Assembly (NCBI GenBank): GCA_018398765.1 | Contig: JAHBMJ010000166.1 | Span: forward strand, 1-54,945 | Direction of reading: 5' to 3' | From: Chromera velia | Taxonomy: Eukaryota | Length of the DNA stretch: 54,945 bases | Part shown: positions 23,128 through 34,896 of the stretch, one piece after another | Layout: every line of letters begins with the position of its first letter | How positions within the stretch are numbered: position 1 is the stretch's first letter | Notes under the pieces: model-generated | Told to the model about the DNA's origin: nothing | The model's database searches: none | Seen by the model: only the letters and a program-made list of their open reading frames with translations | Position numbers and translations under genes: made by a program

Positions 23128-24553
23128 ACTGGAGAGGAGGGAAGGAGCTGGTGGAGTTCAATCCGTTGATCGCCTTTCCTTTGGCTTGTCGGAAATTGAT
23201 CGTGACGTATGAAAGAATACGCAAAGGAAGGAAACAAGCGTGCATGAAAGGAATTCAACGCGTGAATCTAGATACGTCGTGTGAATGCATCAGGAGGGGG
23301 GGCGGGAGGGGGGGGTGATCGGAAAGAGCACCCAACGAGTCGATCGGTTGCCAATGGTCATTGCCGACGGCAATGCTGTTCGCCGACTTCTTGTTGTTCT
23401 TCACGTTGACCTGCCTGTGCTTGGCACAAAAAACGATTTGGGCGGACATTCGTTTTGTGTTTTTGCTTCCCCTCTTCCGTTTGTTTTTTATGCGGAGAAT
23501 CTCATTTGTGTCCGTCCATCTGTGCATGCAACGGAATGGATGTGCATGCATGCGAACGGTTGGGGTGTCGTCAGATGCGAATAAAAGATAGCCGCATGGC
23601 GCCTGACCTTGTGGTCTCTCTCTCTCTCTCTCTGCATGGCCGTCTGTCTCTACGAATTGAATGACCACCGCAAATCATGACAAATTCTTTCTCAGTGTAA
23701 GTGCCCGTGAATGGTACCGACCACAAGCTGAGGTTAGGGCGTGTATGCAAGGACAGACAAGGTGTAGAAAGGTGCCGTACAGATCTCTACTCACCCACGT
23801 GCGGTCATACAGAAGAAGGCGCATCCGATCAGACCGTGCACAGAGAGAGAGAGAGGGCACCAATCTACATGCATGCATTCATGCACTGGAGGGGTGACGG
23901 TCCCTCCCTCAAGTCATTGAAACAGAAGCACAGACACTCACCCAATTTCCACAAGCAGTGAAGTATGAAGGGAAAGAAGAGAACAGCGAAGGGGTTGGTG
24001 GACGCCTGCAAAAGAAAAGAGGGGGGGGGGTATCACCGCACGCATGCATGATTGCACGGGTGGGTGCATGAAGTGAGGAAGGGGGTCACACTGATTCGCC
24101 GCCGCCGCATGTCTCTGTCCGGAGGGAGGGAGGGAGGCTGCTTGAAGGGACCCGTTCAAGAGGCAGTGCTGTGCAAGAGTTCTGTCAAGTCATAAAAGGG
24201 AGAGGCCTCAAGAAATTATTTCTGTTGGGGTCGAACAGAAGGCAGGCAGCAGGGGGGGCATTACTGCCCGCCCCCACGCATGAGGGCGTCCGACTTGACT
24301 CTGCTGCCTTCAAACGTGTCCCTCTGTGTGTCCTGCACTTAATTTGCATCGTAAGACTTCATCTGTCGCTCTGTGTGTCTTTTTGCTTTCTTTACTTAAT
24401 TTGCATCATAAGCCTTTATCTGTGCGTCTGCCTTCCTGCAGAACGGAGAAACCCCCCTTCGCATCGCAGCGTTGTACAAGTCCGAGGAGACGGCGGCCCT
24501 CCTTCTGGAGAAGGGGGCAGACAAGGACGCGAAGAACAATGTCAGTCATCCTG
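19454..24553 (+). repeat. Diverged tandem segmental duplication (intron + ankyrin exon unit, 2.2-3 kb)
   Basis: Collinear homologous blocks: 19454-19660 vs 22466-22660; about 20240-20270 vs 23020-23050; 21290-21400 vs 23333-23447; 21542-22030 vs 23891-24390; exon+donor 22276-22387 vs 24442-24553. Confidence 0.85.
22276..24540 (+). CDS. Ankyrin-repeat protein, one 33-aa repeat per 99-nt phase-0 exon (partial model)
   Basis: Exon 22276-22374 YGYTPLHTAASSNSKETAVLLLEKGADKDAKNN and exon 24442-24540 NGETPLRIAALYKSEETAALLLEKGADKDAKNN, each flanked by CCTGCAG and GTCAGT. 5' exons (possibly near 19140-19335 and 20593-20646) and the 3' end (gap at 24693) are unresolved. Confidence 0.8.
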
Positions 24554-24929
24554 TCAGCAAGTGACTGATTTGTTCTTGGATGCACGCATGCATCCATACA
24601 TGAATGAGAGAATTTGAGGAGTGCTTGTGGTTGCGAAAATCAAAGGATCTCGAGGAAAGGAAGGAGGGAGGGCTGGAAGGAGGGGGGGGGGGNNNNNNNN
24701 NNNNNNNNNNNNNNNNNNNNNNNNNNNNNNNNNNNNNNNNNNNNNNNNNNNNNNNNNNNNNNNNNNNNNNNNNNNNNNNNNNNNNNNNNNNNNNNNNNNN
24801 NNNNNNNNNNNNNNNGGGGGGGGGGGGACTCTCGGGGTGCAGTCAGTGAGTGAGTGATGAATGAGTGAATGGTACGTTGTCAGGTTTCGTGTCTGCGTCG
24901 TGCATGCGAGTCTGGGCGCTCTCTGCATC

Positions 24930-25158
24930 CCTTCCTTTCTTCTTCTTCTTCTTCTTCTTCTTCGTCTTCTCCTCCTTCTTTTTCTCCTTCTTCTTCTCCT
25001 TCTCCTTCTTATTTTTCTTCTTCTTCTTCTCCTTCTTATTTTTCTTCTTCTTCTTCTTCTTCTTCTGCTTCTGCTTCTTCTGCTTCTTCTGCTTCTTCTT
25101 CTTCTTCTTCTTCTTCTTCTTCTGCTTCTTCTTCTGCTTCTGCTTCTGCTTCTTCCTC
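24930..25158. repeat. (TTC)n/(TTCTGC)n low-complexity microsatellite
   Basis: Source of the poly-K, poly-F, poly-L and poly-S ORFs in the track. Confidence 0.9.
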
Positions 25159-27174
25159 GAATGATTCTTTTGTTTTGATGAAAATGGACTTCGCCTGTGC
25201 AGCCCCCCGTTCAGCGTTGTGATTCGTAGCCTTTTAAATTTTTCCTCCTTGGGCAGGCAGAAGTTGTCTGTCACCTGTGTGTAAGATGTTGCACAGGTAG
25301 AAAGTCGGCGGGCTGAGGTCTGCCTGCATTTCGAATTTGTGATTATTGATCTTGCCGCAGATCTAGGGACAGGTTTTTGTGTTTTCTGCAAATAAATACT
25401 GATATACTGATCATTGTTTGCATCAAAAGATTCATTCTTTTCTTTTCTTTTCTGCTCATATCGTTCTCACACCTTCTCTCCGTGTGTGAATGTGTGTGCA
25501 TGCAGGCCGCTGTTGGAACACAGAAGACAGAATATTTCGAAGAAACTGAAAACTTATATACAAAAGGTCTTAAGAGCCCGAGATGCTCATTCTGAGCGCT
25601 AACTGGGTAGCGATTAAAACGCCCCGGCCGAGTTACCATTTTACACTTACCGACTAGCTTATTATCTCATCCTTAATGATTAATCCTTCAAGATACGTCT
25701 GATGCGTGTGGGCGCTTTCCTTCGAAGCCGCATTTGAAGTGACATTTCTGCTAGCATTTCTGACATTCGGCACTGGGGCGGGAGGGCAATCCTCTGGACA
25801 TAAATCCTATGATTTTTATCCTATCCTATCGTAGTAATCCTTTTTGGAATTATTTCTAGAATTATTTATTATATCAGTTGGTCAGAGCCTGAGTGGTCTG
25901 CTCACTACTGGTATTAGCACTAGCAGCTATCAGCAGCTTCAGGTGGGAAGCTCTGACTGCCAGGGGTCACTGCCTCAATTTAATTCCATTTAATTCATCT
26001 AATTTAATTCATCATTAAAAAATATAAAAAAATCATGATTGTATTTTTCTGGCATTTTTGTAATATAAGAAAGGATCGGATAAGATTAATATCTGGAGGA
26101 TTAGCCTTCTGCCCGAATCCCGAGCGTTCGACGTACAGCGTTTAACAAAAGCGCATACATGCGTTAAACCTTCCTGGCTAGTTAGGAAAGTTGCTAGTAT
26201 GTTAGCATAGCATAACATAGCATTGATGTTCCGGGTTTTTGATTGATTTTGCTCGTGGTTCACTGCTGGAGGTCGGTTTGCACCGTTTGGGATTTGCTCA
26301 ACCTAGATCAAAACGAAGCATCAGACCAATCCTCTTGGCATGCTAAGACTGCCCCGGCCGTCATCGCTGCTGAAACACTGACTGAAAGGCTTACATCAAC
26401 AAGCAGATTCAATAATTTCCTCCGTCTTCTATAGAAAGGAAACTGTTTTATGAAGCTTCATACGTTACCATCAAACGGTAGAAGCCTAAAAAACCCGGCC
26501 ATAGATGCTTTGATTTATGGTTCAACTTTGAATGAGCCCCAAACAGCATGTAGTTAATAGCCTGCATGGCTAATCATGCTAGTAATCATGATCAGGGTTG
26601 GAGGTTGAAGGTTCAGACATCCATGGATCAAACAATTCTATAGGTGATTTTATGAACAAGGTTCAGACATCAATCGATCAAATACTTTCACGTATATACG
26701 CATGCACTTTATCATCTGGGCCTGTAGATCGATTTAGGGCAACTTTGGGCTGTCCTGACACAACATTTTGTTCGAACACACCCACCCTTCCAGATCTTTC
26801 CGGGACCTTCCATGCATCCATCCGTTCAACAATCCATCCATCCATGCATCGAAAGAATTTAGAGAGGGCTTCATGAAAAATTGAGAGAAGACTGGGAACA
26901 GAGAGCTCGAGAAAAAATCCAGGAAGAAGACTAGGAAGAAGAAGAAGAGAAGAAGAAGAAGAAGAAGAAGAAAAAGATAGAGAAAAGGAAAGGAAGAATC
27001 AGAGAAAGAAGAACCAGCTAGGCGAATGAAGGAAAGGAGGGGGGCAAGCAAAACTACGCTTCGTGGAGCGATGGATGCATTGACGAAAAAAAAAAACGTG
27101 CAGGTGGGCAGGCAGGCAGGCACCAACAGACACGTCGATGCAGAGTCACGCACGTCAAGGACACCACACACACA

Positions 27175-27209
<35 letters not shown>

Positions 27210-27496
27210 ATCCACACTCCCTCTATGAATGTTTTCAGCACGGGGGCGCCGTCTCGCACGTAGTGCATGCTACACATGCAGCGACCCAATCAACCACTGG
27301 GTTTCTCACCAATACAGACGCAAACACACAGTGATACAGACAAAAAAGCCCAGCAACACACACACACACACACACACACACAGAACGCGTTGACAATGAA
27401 GAACCGACACGTACAGCACCACGGAGAAAATTGCAGGCAAGCACCTGCATTTAGTTATGTCTCTTTGGCGCTTCTTTGCCGTAGCGCTTCTCTACT

Positions 27497-27545
<49 letters not shown>

Positions 27546-30049
27546 TGTGTTCCCATGATGCCTCCTGATGGGCAAGCGTAGTTCCTTTCCTACGGGATTG
27601 ATTCTCGCCACTCTCTCTGCTTCCCCGCCTGCCCCTCAAAAAGGCGAAGGCTCCTCCTGTCAGTGATACTGCAGGGCCTGCCTGCTGAACGAACGAACGA
27701 ACGAAGAGAAAGGAGAGAAAGAAGAATGGAAGGAACCGATCGACGGCAGGAAGGCATTGGCGAGGCCTTCCTTCCAAGGACAGAAGGGAGGGAGGGAGGG
27801 AGGGAGGGAGGAAAGCAGAAGGAGGGAGGGAAAAAGAGAACACACAGAGAGAGTCTTCCTTCCTTGCTTGTCTCTCTCTACTCTCTCTCTCTCTCGTGAA
27901 GTTGCTCTTATGTTTCCCTCCCTCCCTCCCTCCCTCTTCGATTCTTTCTTTTGGCTCAATGCTTGCATCTCTGGTGGCATGAATGATTAATCATACAAAC
28001 TTGCCTGCTTGAGGTTTCTCTCCCTCCTTTCTGGGAGGGAGGGAGGGAACGATCCAGGCCGGGGAAGGGAAGGGAGCGCTGTACGTTGAGCTGTTCGTTC
28101 AGTCAAACGGCATGCATGCCGAAGAAAGAAATACTTAATTCTCCCCCTTTCTTCGCTTGATTATCTGACGGTTAAGTTTTTGTTCTTCCTTCCTTCCTTC
28201 CTTCCTGTGATTGGTTTGCTTTGATTTTTCATGAAAAAATGGAGAGAGCAAGGCACGGAGCAACGGGGAGGGCCGGAAGCGGACAGACAGACAGGCCGGG
28301 AGGGAGGGAGGGAGGGAGCAGGGGGGCAGGCGAGGGTCCTTCCTTTTTTTCTATTAAAAAAAAGCCCTGCTTGCTTGTCCAGGTTGGTTTTTCTGTCATG
28401 ATCAGACTGGTTCCTGTCGTCCGTTTTCACTTATCTCTCTCTCTCTCTCTCTGTTTTTTTTTTTGTTGCATGCAGCTCACTTAATTTCATTTCTGCCATG
28501 CATGAGACAAGGCAGTCGATCAGCCTCGAACGTTCTTCGCGAATTTCGTCCTCGATTGATTGAAGGAAGGAAGCCAAATAAGGAAGGCAGGAAGGAAGCA
28601 ACAAAGGAGAAGAATACGCTTGAGGAAGATACAGGAAGAGAAGGAGAAGAAGATCAAGAAAAGAAAAAGACTTTAAGCAGGTGCGTTCCAGCTGGAGAGC
28701 GGAGCGCAAAAGAGAAGCAGAATTTGAAATTTTGGCAGCAACGTTATCAACAGGGATCTCGTCTCTCTCCTTGTTAGTTATCTTTTTTTCTGATCTCACT
28801 TTTCTTCCTTCTTTCGTTATCTTTCTTGTTTTATTCAACTGCCATAAGAAAGAAGTGCAGGGAGGGCGGAGCACTGTAGCAGCAAAAATCGATCACACAG
28901 ATAGAATGCATGCCCGGCACAATGTCGAGAAACAGAGAAAGAAGGAAGACAAAAGAAGGAGAGGGAAGAAGGTCGGTGACGATCTATACAAACTGGCAAA
29001 GACAGGAGAAGAAATCAAGAAAGATGTGTGACTATTCTCCTCCTAATTACATTCAGTCCTCTCTGCTGTTCGGCTCCCTTCCGAAAGCGGAAAGGAAACA
29101 AACCCCTTGCAAGGGGAAAGCGAAACAAACAACAACATAGGACCAGTACCAAACGTCCCTCCCTCCGTCCCTCCATTCCCAGAAAGGAAAGAAGGAAGGA
29201 ATTGGGTGAGTTCCTCAAAAGGACTCTCCCCGTTTCTTTTCCTGCTTCCTGCCCTCCCTTGCCCCCTTCTCAAAACAGACAAAACGGTAAGTAAAAAGGG
29301 TTGACAGAAAACCAGAAAGAAGGACGGAAGGGAGGAAGGAAGGAAGAAGGGAAAGGAAAAAAACCTCGCCCGCTTCCTCTCCTCTCCTCCCCTTTCCTTC
29401 CTCTCATGGCATCTTCGCCTTAAAACCCCCCATTCATCCATCCATCCATTTATCCGTCCAGAGAAAGACACACACACACACACACAGGCTCCCTCCCTCC
29501 CTTCCTCAGTGGATCTGATCGCATTTGATCTTTCTTCCTGCCTGGAGACACCCGACTGACTGACCCCTCATCCNNNNNNNNNNNNNNNNNNNNNNNNNNN
29601 NNNNNNNNNNNNNNNNNNNNNNNNNNNNNNNNNNNNNNNNNNNNNNNNNNNNNNNNNNNNNNNNNNNNNNNNNNNNNNNNNNNNNNNNNNNNNNNNNNNN
29701 NNNNGATTCCTCCCCCCCATGCAGCCAATTCTTTCTTTCTTTCTTTCTTTCTTTTGGCTTCTTTGCTTTCCTCCCATGCACATTCGCTCCTACAGAGCAG
29801 AAGTCTCCCTCTCTCTCTGTCTCTCTCTCTTTCTCTGTGTGTGTGTGTGTGTGGTTGTCTTCTCCTTGAAAGTACATCACGCGAAGCAAACGAGAGAGAG
29901 ACGAGGCAAAAAAGAACGCAGGCAGCAGCAGCAGCAGCGGACCACCGATCGATCGATCGATCAAGCAGCGAGCACACGCCACGCACCTCTACAACTTCAC
30001 AAAAAGACGAACCACACACACACAAACATACACACACGCACGCACATGC

Positions 30050-30089
<40 letters not shown>

Positions 30090-32183
30090 CACAGGAAGCA
30101 GAGAGACCCCAGTGGAAGGGGGAGCAGCAGCACCGACGAGAGAACTGATTGGATGGATGGGTGGATGGATGGATGAACGAACAGAAAGACTGACTGACCG
30201 ACTAGCGCTGACCAAGCCAGGCAGGCAAACACCAGAACGAACGAACGAACGAACAGACCCTCCCTCCCTCCACCTTAAAAACGGGGGGGGACAGGGGGAG
30301 GCCGAGGCGGCTTGGTGGCAGTGGAACGAATGAAGGAACGGATGGGGAGTGAATGAATGAACGAATGAATGCTTCTCCTTTCTTTCTAGACATACACTGA
30401 GTGTACTGCTCGAGCACCTCTCTCTCTCTCTCTCTGGGCATCCACAAGTTTGCCCTCATGCTCGTTCGTCTTCTCTCTCGTCGTCTCTTTCATTCATTGC
30501 CTCAATAACACACACGCATATATATACACCCTCACTCCAAAAGTTCCTGCCTGCCTGGACGGACCTCTCCAGATTGGAGATCGAGAGAGAGAGAGACCAA
30601 CCAGCCGCCAGGGGGCTCCAGAGGAGGGAGGGGAGAGACCAAAAGGAAGGAAGAAATGAAGGAAGGAAGGAAGGAAGGAAACATAACATCTTCAACCAAC
30701 GAGCAGACTCAATCGAGTCCCCGCTGACCGAGCTAAAAAAAGAATTCAACTACAGAGCCCATGCAGCAAGGATGCATATGTACAGAAAGAAATGACAGGA
30801 CTGCGCCAAATCAAAATGAAGACTACGCAACTAATTGATTACAGAGAGACAGACAGAGACAGACAGAGAGACAGAGAGAGGATAACGACCCGAGCTACTC
30901 GAGTGACGACGAACGAAAACGCAAAAATATTTGACCGAGCTAAAAAAAAGATCCACGCCCTGCAACACTGCATGGCTGAACAAAGAGAGCGAGCGAGAAA
31001 GAAAGAAAGAAACAGAAAGGAGCCTGCCTGCCTGCATGCTGGACAGACACCTAGGGAGGGCGATCGAGACGGGGGACAGGCAGATACCCACCCCATGCAG
31101 CTGGCGGCCCACGCAGGCAGGCAGGGAGGTCTCTATCGAGACAGGGAGGAATTCAGGCCTGCACGTGATCGAAAGAACGCAAAGAAAAAACAAAGGGAAA
31201 GGAGAAAAAGAAAAAAGGACCGGCCTACCTCCGTTCACGAGAAGCAAAGAAAAAGGCAGGAAGCAAAGAGAGAGAAAAAAAGAAAGAAACCAACAAAGAA
31301 AGAAAGAAAGAATCAAACAGACCATCCAACCCGAAAGCCATGCATCCCTCTCTAACTATCGAGCGAGATAGAAAGAGAGAGAGAGCCAGCGAGAAGGAGA
31401 GAGACAGACAGACCTGATCGATCGATCCATCCATCGATCCATCGGCCTTCCTTCCCTCCCTCTTGCCTTTCCTGCGGCATGAGAGATCGTTGGTACGCTC
31501 TGCTCTGCTCTCCTGTCCTCCCCTCCCCTCCCCTCCCCTCCCCCAGGCTTTCGTTCGAGGGCTCGTCATTCTTTGCTTTCCTCCGTTCATGGATGGAGGC
31601 ATGGATGGATGGATGGAGGTGACTGGTCATTCAGCTGTCTCGACTCGATCAGGTCGGTCCATCTGTCTGAACCACAAAGGAAAGGAAAGCCTGTCGTCGT
31701 CAGAGGGCAAAGCAAAAAAATAAGAAACGAGGGACGCTACACAACTCCACTCCACCCTAAACCAGGAGGCCGCCTTTCCTTTCTTCCTTTCCTTTCTTTT
31801 CCTTTCCCCTCTCACTCCTCAGCGCCTTCCAGTAGACAAACGAAGACGTGCAGAAAGGACGAAACATCCGTCCTATGCTGTTTCAGCGAGGAAGGCCGTC
31901 CCTTTGCTTGTTTGTTCTGTCGCCAGTAAACAAAGAGAAGAAAAATAACGAAAGAAAGAAAGAAACGGGGAGCGAGAGAGAGAGAGAGGGAAGGGAGAGG
32001 GACAGAAACGAACCAAAGGAGGCTCGATCGATCGAGCGAAAGAACTACAGACATACATCAAAAAAACCAGCAGAGGTTTGCAAAGAGAAGAGGAGAAGAG
32101 AAGAGGACTACAACAGATAGATAGATAGACAGAAGGATCCATTCATCCATTCATTTGTTCATCTTTCCATTGAGAGAGAGATA

Positions 32184-32221
<38 letters not shown>

Positions 32222-32859
32222 AATTTGAGGAAGGCGGAGGAAGAAGAAGCAGATGTGCAGACAGAAAAGAAAGTAGCTGTGGAAAGATGCCGCCAGAGGA
32301 AGCCCTCAATTCTTTCAGCCAGCCAGGAAGAAGGAAGTGGCTAGGCACCTGTCTGCATGCATAAGTCTAGAAAGAAAGAAGTCTATCAGTAGGTCTGCAG
32401 ATCTCTCCATCCCTCCAACTTTTTGCTTGTGGATGTTCTACTCTAACTTTTCCTCCTCTAACTAACTTTGAGGGTCCCGGGGGGGGCTGGCTCCCTTGGT
32501 TCCGGCCGACCCCTTTCTTCCTTCGCCAAGCCTTCCTTTTCTCAACCGTTTCTTTCTTTCTTTCTTTCTTTCTTTCTTTCGTTCTTTCATTTGTGCTTGC
32601 TTGCTTGTTCCCCCCTTCCTACTTGCCGTCTTCAAAAATGGTGACGCAATCTCTTCCTTCCTTCCGTCCTTCCTTCCAACGTCCCTGTCCCTTCCGACTA
32701 CTCCATCTCTCTCTGAGTGTACGTGTCCTCATTTCGCACACATTACCTCCGTTTTTCATCATTTTTTCTTTTTCTCTTTCTTTTCTACTGCCGCCATTTC
32801 ATTCATTCATTCACTCATTTGTCTTCCTTCCTTCCGCTCTCTCTCTCTCTCTTTTGACT

Positions 32860-34896
32860 TCACTCCGAATGAGATGAAGCAGCGAGAGAAGAAATCCCAT
32901 CAGACGCAGAAGAAGAAGAAGAAGAAGGGGGACTTTCAAGGTCAACAACGACGACAGAAATGTCGTCATGGAACTGCCGTCTCCTGCCTGGCGCAAGGGA
33001 ACGCAACTCCGACACCGACACGCCGGCATCCTCTGCGGCTCTCTTCAATGCCTCGTCGATCAACCGACGAGCTGCACTCTGCATCGTTGGCTGCTTTTGT
33101 TTTGTCCCCCTCTCTCTCTTCCTTCCCTCCTTTCCCTTTGCCCTCACGTCCTCAATCAGAGACGCAACTTCCACGTCGTCCAACGCGTCCCACAATCCGT
33201 CTGATGCAATGACAAGGGAACTGTCAGAGGACTGACGGGGAAAAATGGAAATTTCAGGGTCGACCGTAAGATACGGGAATTTCAGACGTCCACCCAGCGT
33301 CGGGCGGCCTGTTTGGGGGTCGATTGCAAAGCGGCGGTGCTTCAAATAAAAATCTCCAAACGCCCGGGTGGGCTGCAGGCGTCCCTTCACATAAGCCGCC
33401 CTCAACTTATCCGCCTCCCCCCTGCCCCCCGGCCACAGACCGAAACTGAGAGTCTGCGCAAGCCAGGAGAATAACTTGGCTGCCGGGTCATAAGCATCCC
33501 CCCCCACTGCCTCGACGCACACGATCACATCGTCTTCATGTGGGTGTTCCGCCCTCAGCCTGGATTGCTCGGCAGGATTGTTGGCTGACAGCTCCCTGTT
33601 CAGCCTCTCTGTCGAAATCACTTTTCCCTTCCCCCCTCTGACAAGCAGAGCAGCGGAATCTCCGGCATTGGCAACGGTAATGAAATTCGCGCACACGAGC
33701 ACGGACAGCGAGCACGCCCCGCACTCTGCCGGGGTCAGGTGTCCGGTCTCCAGAGCCGCATCTGCTATGCGGAGGAGACCGGAGTCCACCCTTCTGTAGG
33801 CAGCTACGAAGGCGTCCTTGACATCAGAGAGGGCGAAGGGAAGCCCCGCCCCGGCCTCCCCGCTCTCCTCTTCTCTTACGGGAGAAGAGGAAGAAGAAGC
33901 AGAAGAAGAAGAAGAGGAGGGCGAGGATGTGCGGGCCAGCAACTCCTCTTCGACTGCCGTTGCGAGATTTTGTTGAACGAATTCGGCGGCCTGCAGGGAG
34001 GGAGGGAGGGAGGCGCCAAATTTGGTGGTACAAACCACAGGGGGGGAGTTTAATGGGAGGCCCGCCTGGGGTCTGAATCGCGAGGCACCAAAAAGAATGA
34101 AAGCCAGTGGGAGGAGGAAACAAAGGCAGAGGCAGGAAGAGAAGCAGCTTGGTATGAAGGGGAGACAATTCTGTACTAGGAGACGGCGGGTCAAGAGAGA
34201 AAAGGACAACAAGCATGAGAAAGGAAGAGGCAGATGGACGCTCACTCGAACCGCACCACGCGACTGCAACACAAACGAATGTAGCTGCCTTCTCCTATAT
34301 GCTTCCCTTTCCTTCCCACCTACCTGCCAGCCGCCGTGTCCATCAATGACGGTGATGAGAAGCCCCTCATACCCGGGGGCAATGGTCACAGAGTCCACAG
34401 AGACCCGGTCCTCCAGTCGCCTGTTCGCAACGTATTGCTCTAGCCCTAGTTGGGCCCTTGATGGGTGTTCTCTCTCTCTTTCTCTTTCAAGCACTTGAGA
34501 GGACTCTGAGGCTTCCGTTTCCGTCTCAGTCTCATGCCCCGAGAGAGGGGTCTCTGTCTCTGTGCAGGCTGGGGCCTCTGTGCTCAGAGGGGACGCAGTT
34601 CCATCCTCCTCCCCTCCCCCTTTCGAAGAAGAGGAAGACTTTGACCCACTTGCGTCACACAGGACCACTGCGGCCCCCGACCCTGCCGTGCACACCCCGA
34701 CACTCCCACTGAGAGAGGCTGAGGTCTGGACTTGTCTGACGATCCCCCCCCTGCAGATTTCCCACCACGTGCCGTCCTCGAAACTCAACATGGGAATGAA
34801 GGAGAATCGATTGGCAGCTCTGGAAAGACGCAGTCCGAGTGACAGAGCAAAAAGGCGAGAGATTTCAGTCACAGAGAAGAGGAGGAGTCTGCGCAT
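32860..34896 (-). CDS. PP2C/PPM-family Ser/Thr phosphatase, pyruvate-dehydrogenase-phosphatase-like, about 567 aa
   Basis: Exons 34896-34324 and 33990-32860. PPM motifs ANRRLEDR, VIDGHGG, VANAGDS, VKGRLQPTRAFGDFYLK, VIASDGLWD and RRQFHDDISVVVV. Arg/Leu/Ser-rich N-terminus. Confidence 0.93.
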   Translation of the reverse strand: MRRLLLFSVTEISRLFALSLGLRLSRAANRFSFIPMLSFEDGTWWEICRGGIVRQVQTSASLSGSVGVCTAGSGAAVVLCDASGSKSSSSSKGGGEEDGTASPLSTEAPACTETETPLSGHETETETEASESSQVLEREREREHPSRAQLGLEQYVANRRLEDRVSVDSVTIAPGYEGLLITVIDGHGGWQVGGKEREAYRRRQLHSFVLQSRGAVRVSVHLPLPFSCLLSFSLLTRRLLVQNCLPFIPSCFSSCLCLCFLLPLAFILFGASRFRPQAGLPLNSPPVVCTTKFGASLPPSLQAAEFVQQNLATAVEEELLARTSSPSSSSSSASSSSSPVREEESGEAGAGLPFALSDVKDAFVAAYRRVDSGLLRIADAALETGHLTPAECGACSLSVLVCANFITVANAGDSAALLVRGGKGKVISTERLNRELSANNPAEQSRLRAEHPHEDDVIVCVEAVGGDAYDPAAKLFSWLAQTLSFGLWPGGRGEADKLRAAYVKGRLQPTRAFGDFYLKHRRFAIDPQTGRPTLGGRLKFPYLTVDPEISIFPRQSSDSSLVIASDGLWDALDDVEVASLIEDVRAKGKEGRKRERGTKQKQPTMQSAARRLIDEALKRAAEDAGVSVSELRSLAPGRRRQFHDDISVVVVDLESPPSSSSSSASDGISSLAASSHSE

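Noticed and set aside
23333..23447. Minus-strand NVKNNK / DVKDNNK ankyrin-like fragment in the duplicated intron
   Set aside because: Too short, and the frame is not conserved between the two copies.
24682..24827. G-runs flanking N gaps as G-quadruplex or functional elements
   Set aside because: Their association with gaps is best explained by sequencing dropout at G homopolymers; true lengths are unknown.
24843..25391. Poly-Lys / poly-Phe / poly-Leu ORFs
   Set aside because: Translations of a (TTC)n microsatellite; no start context or domain support.
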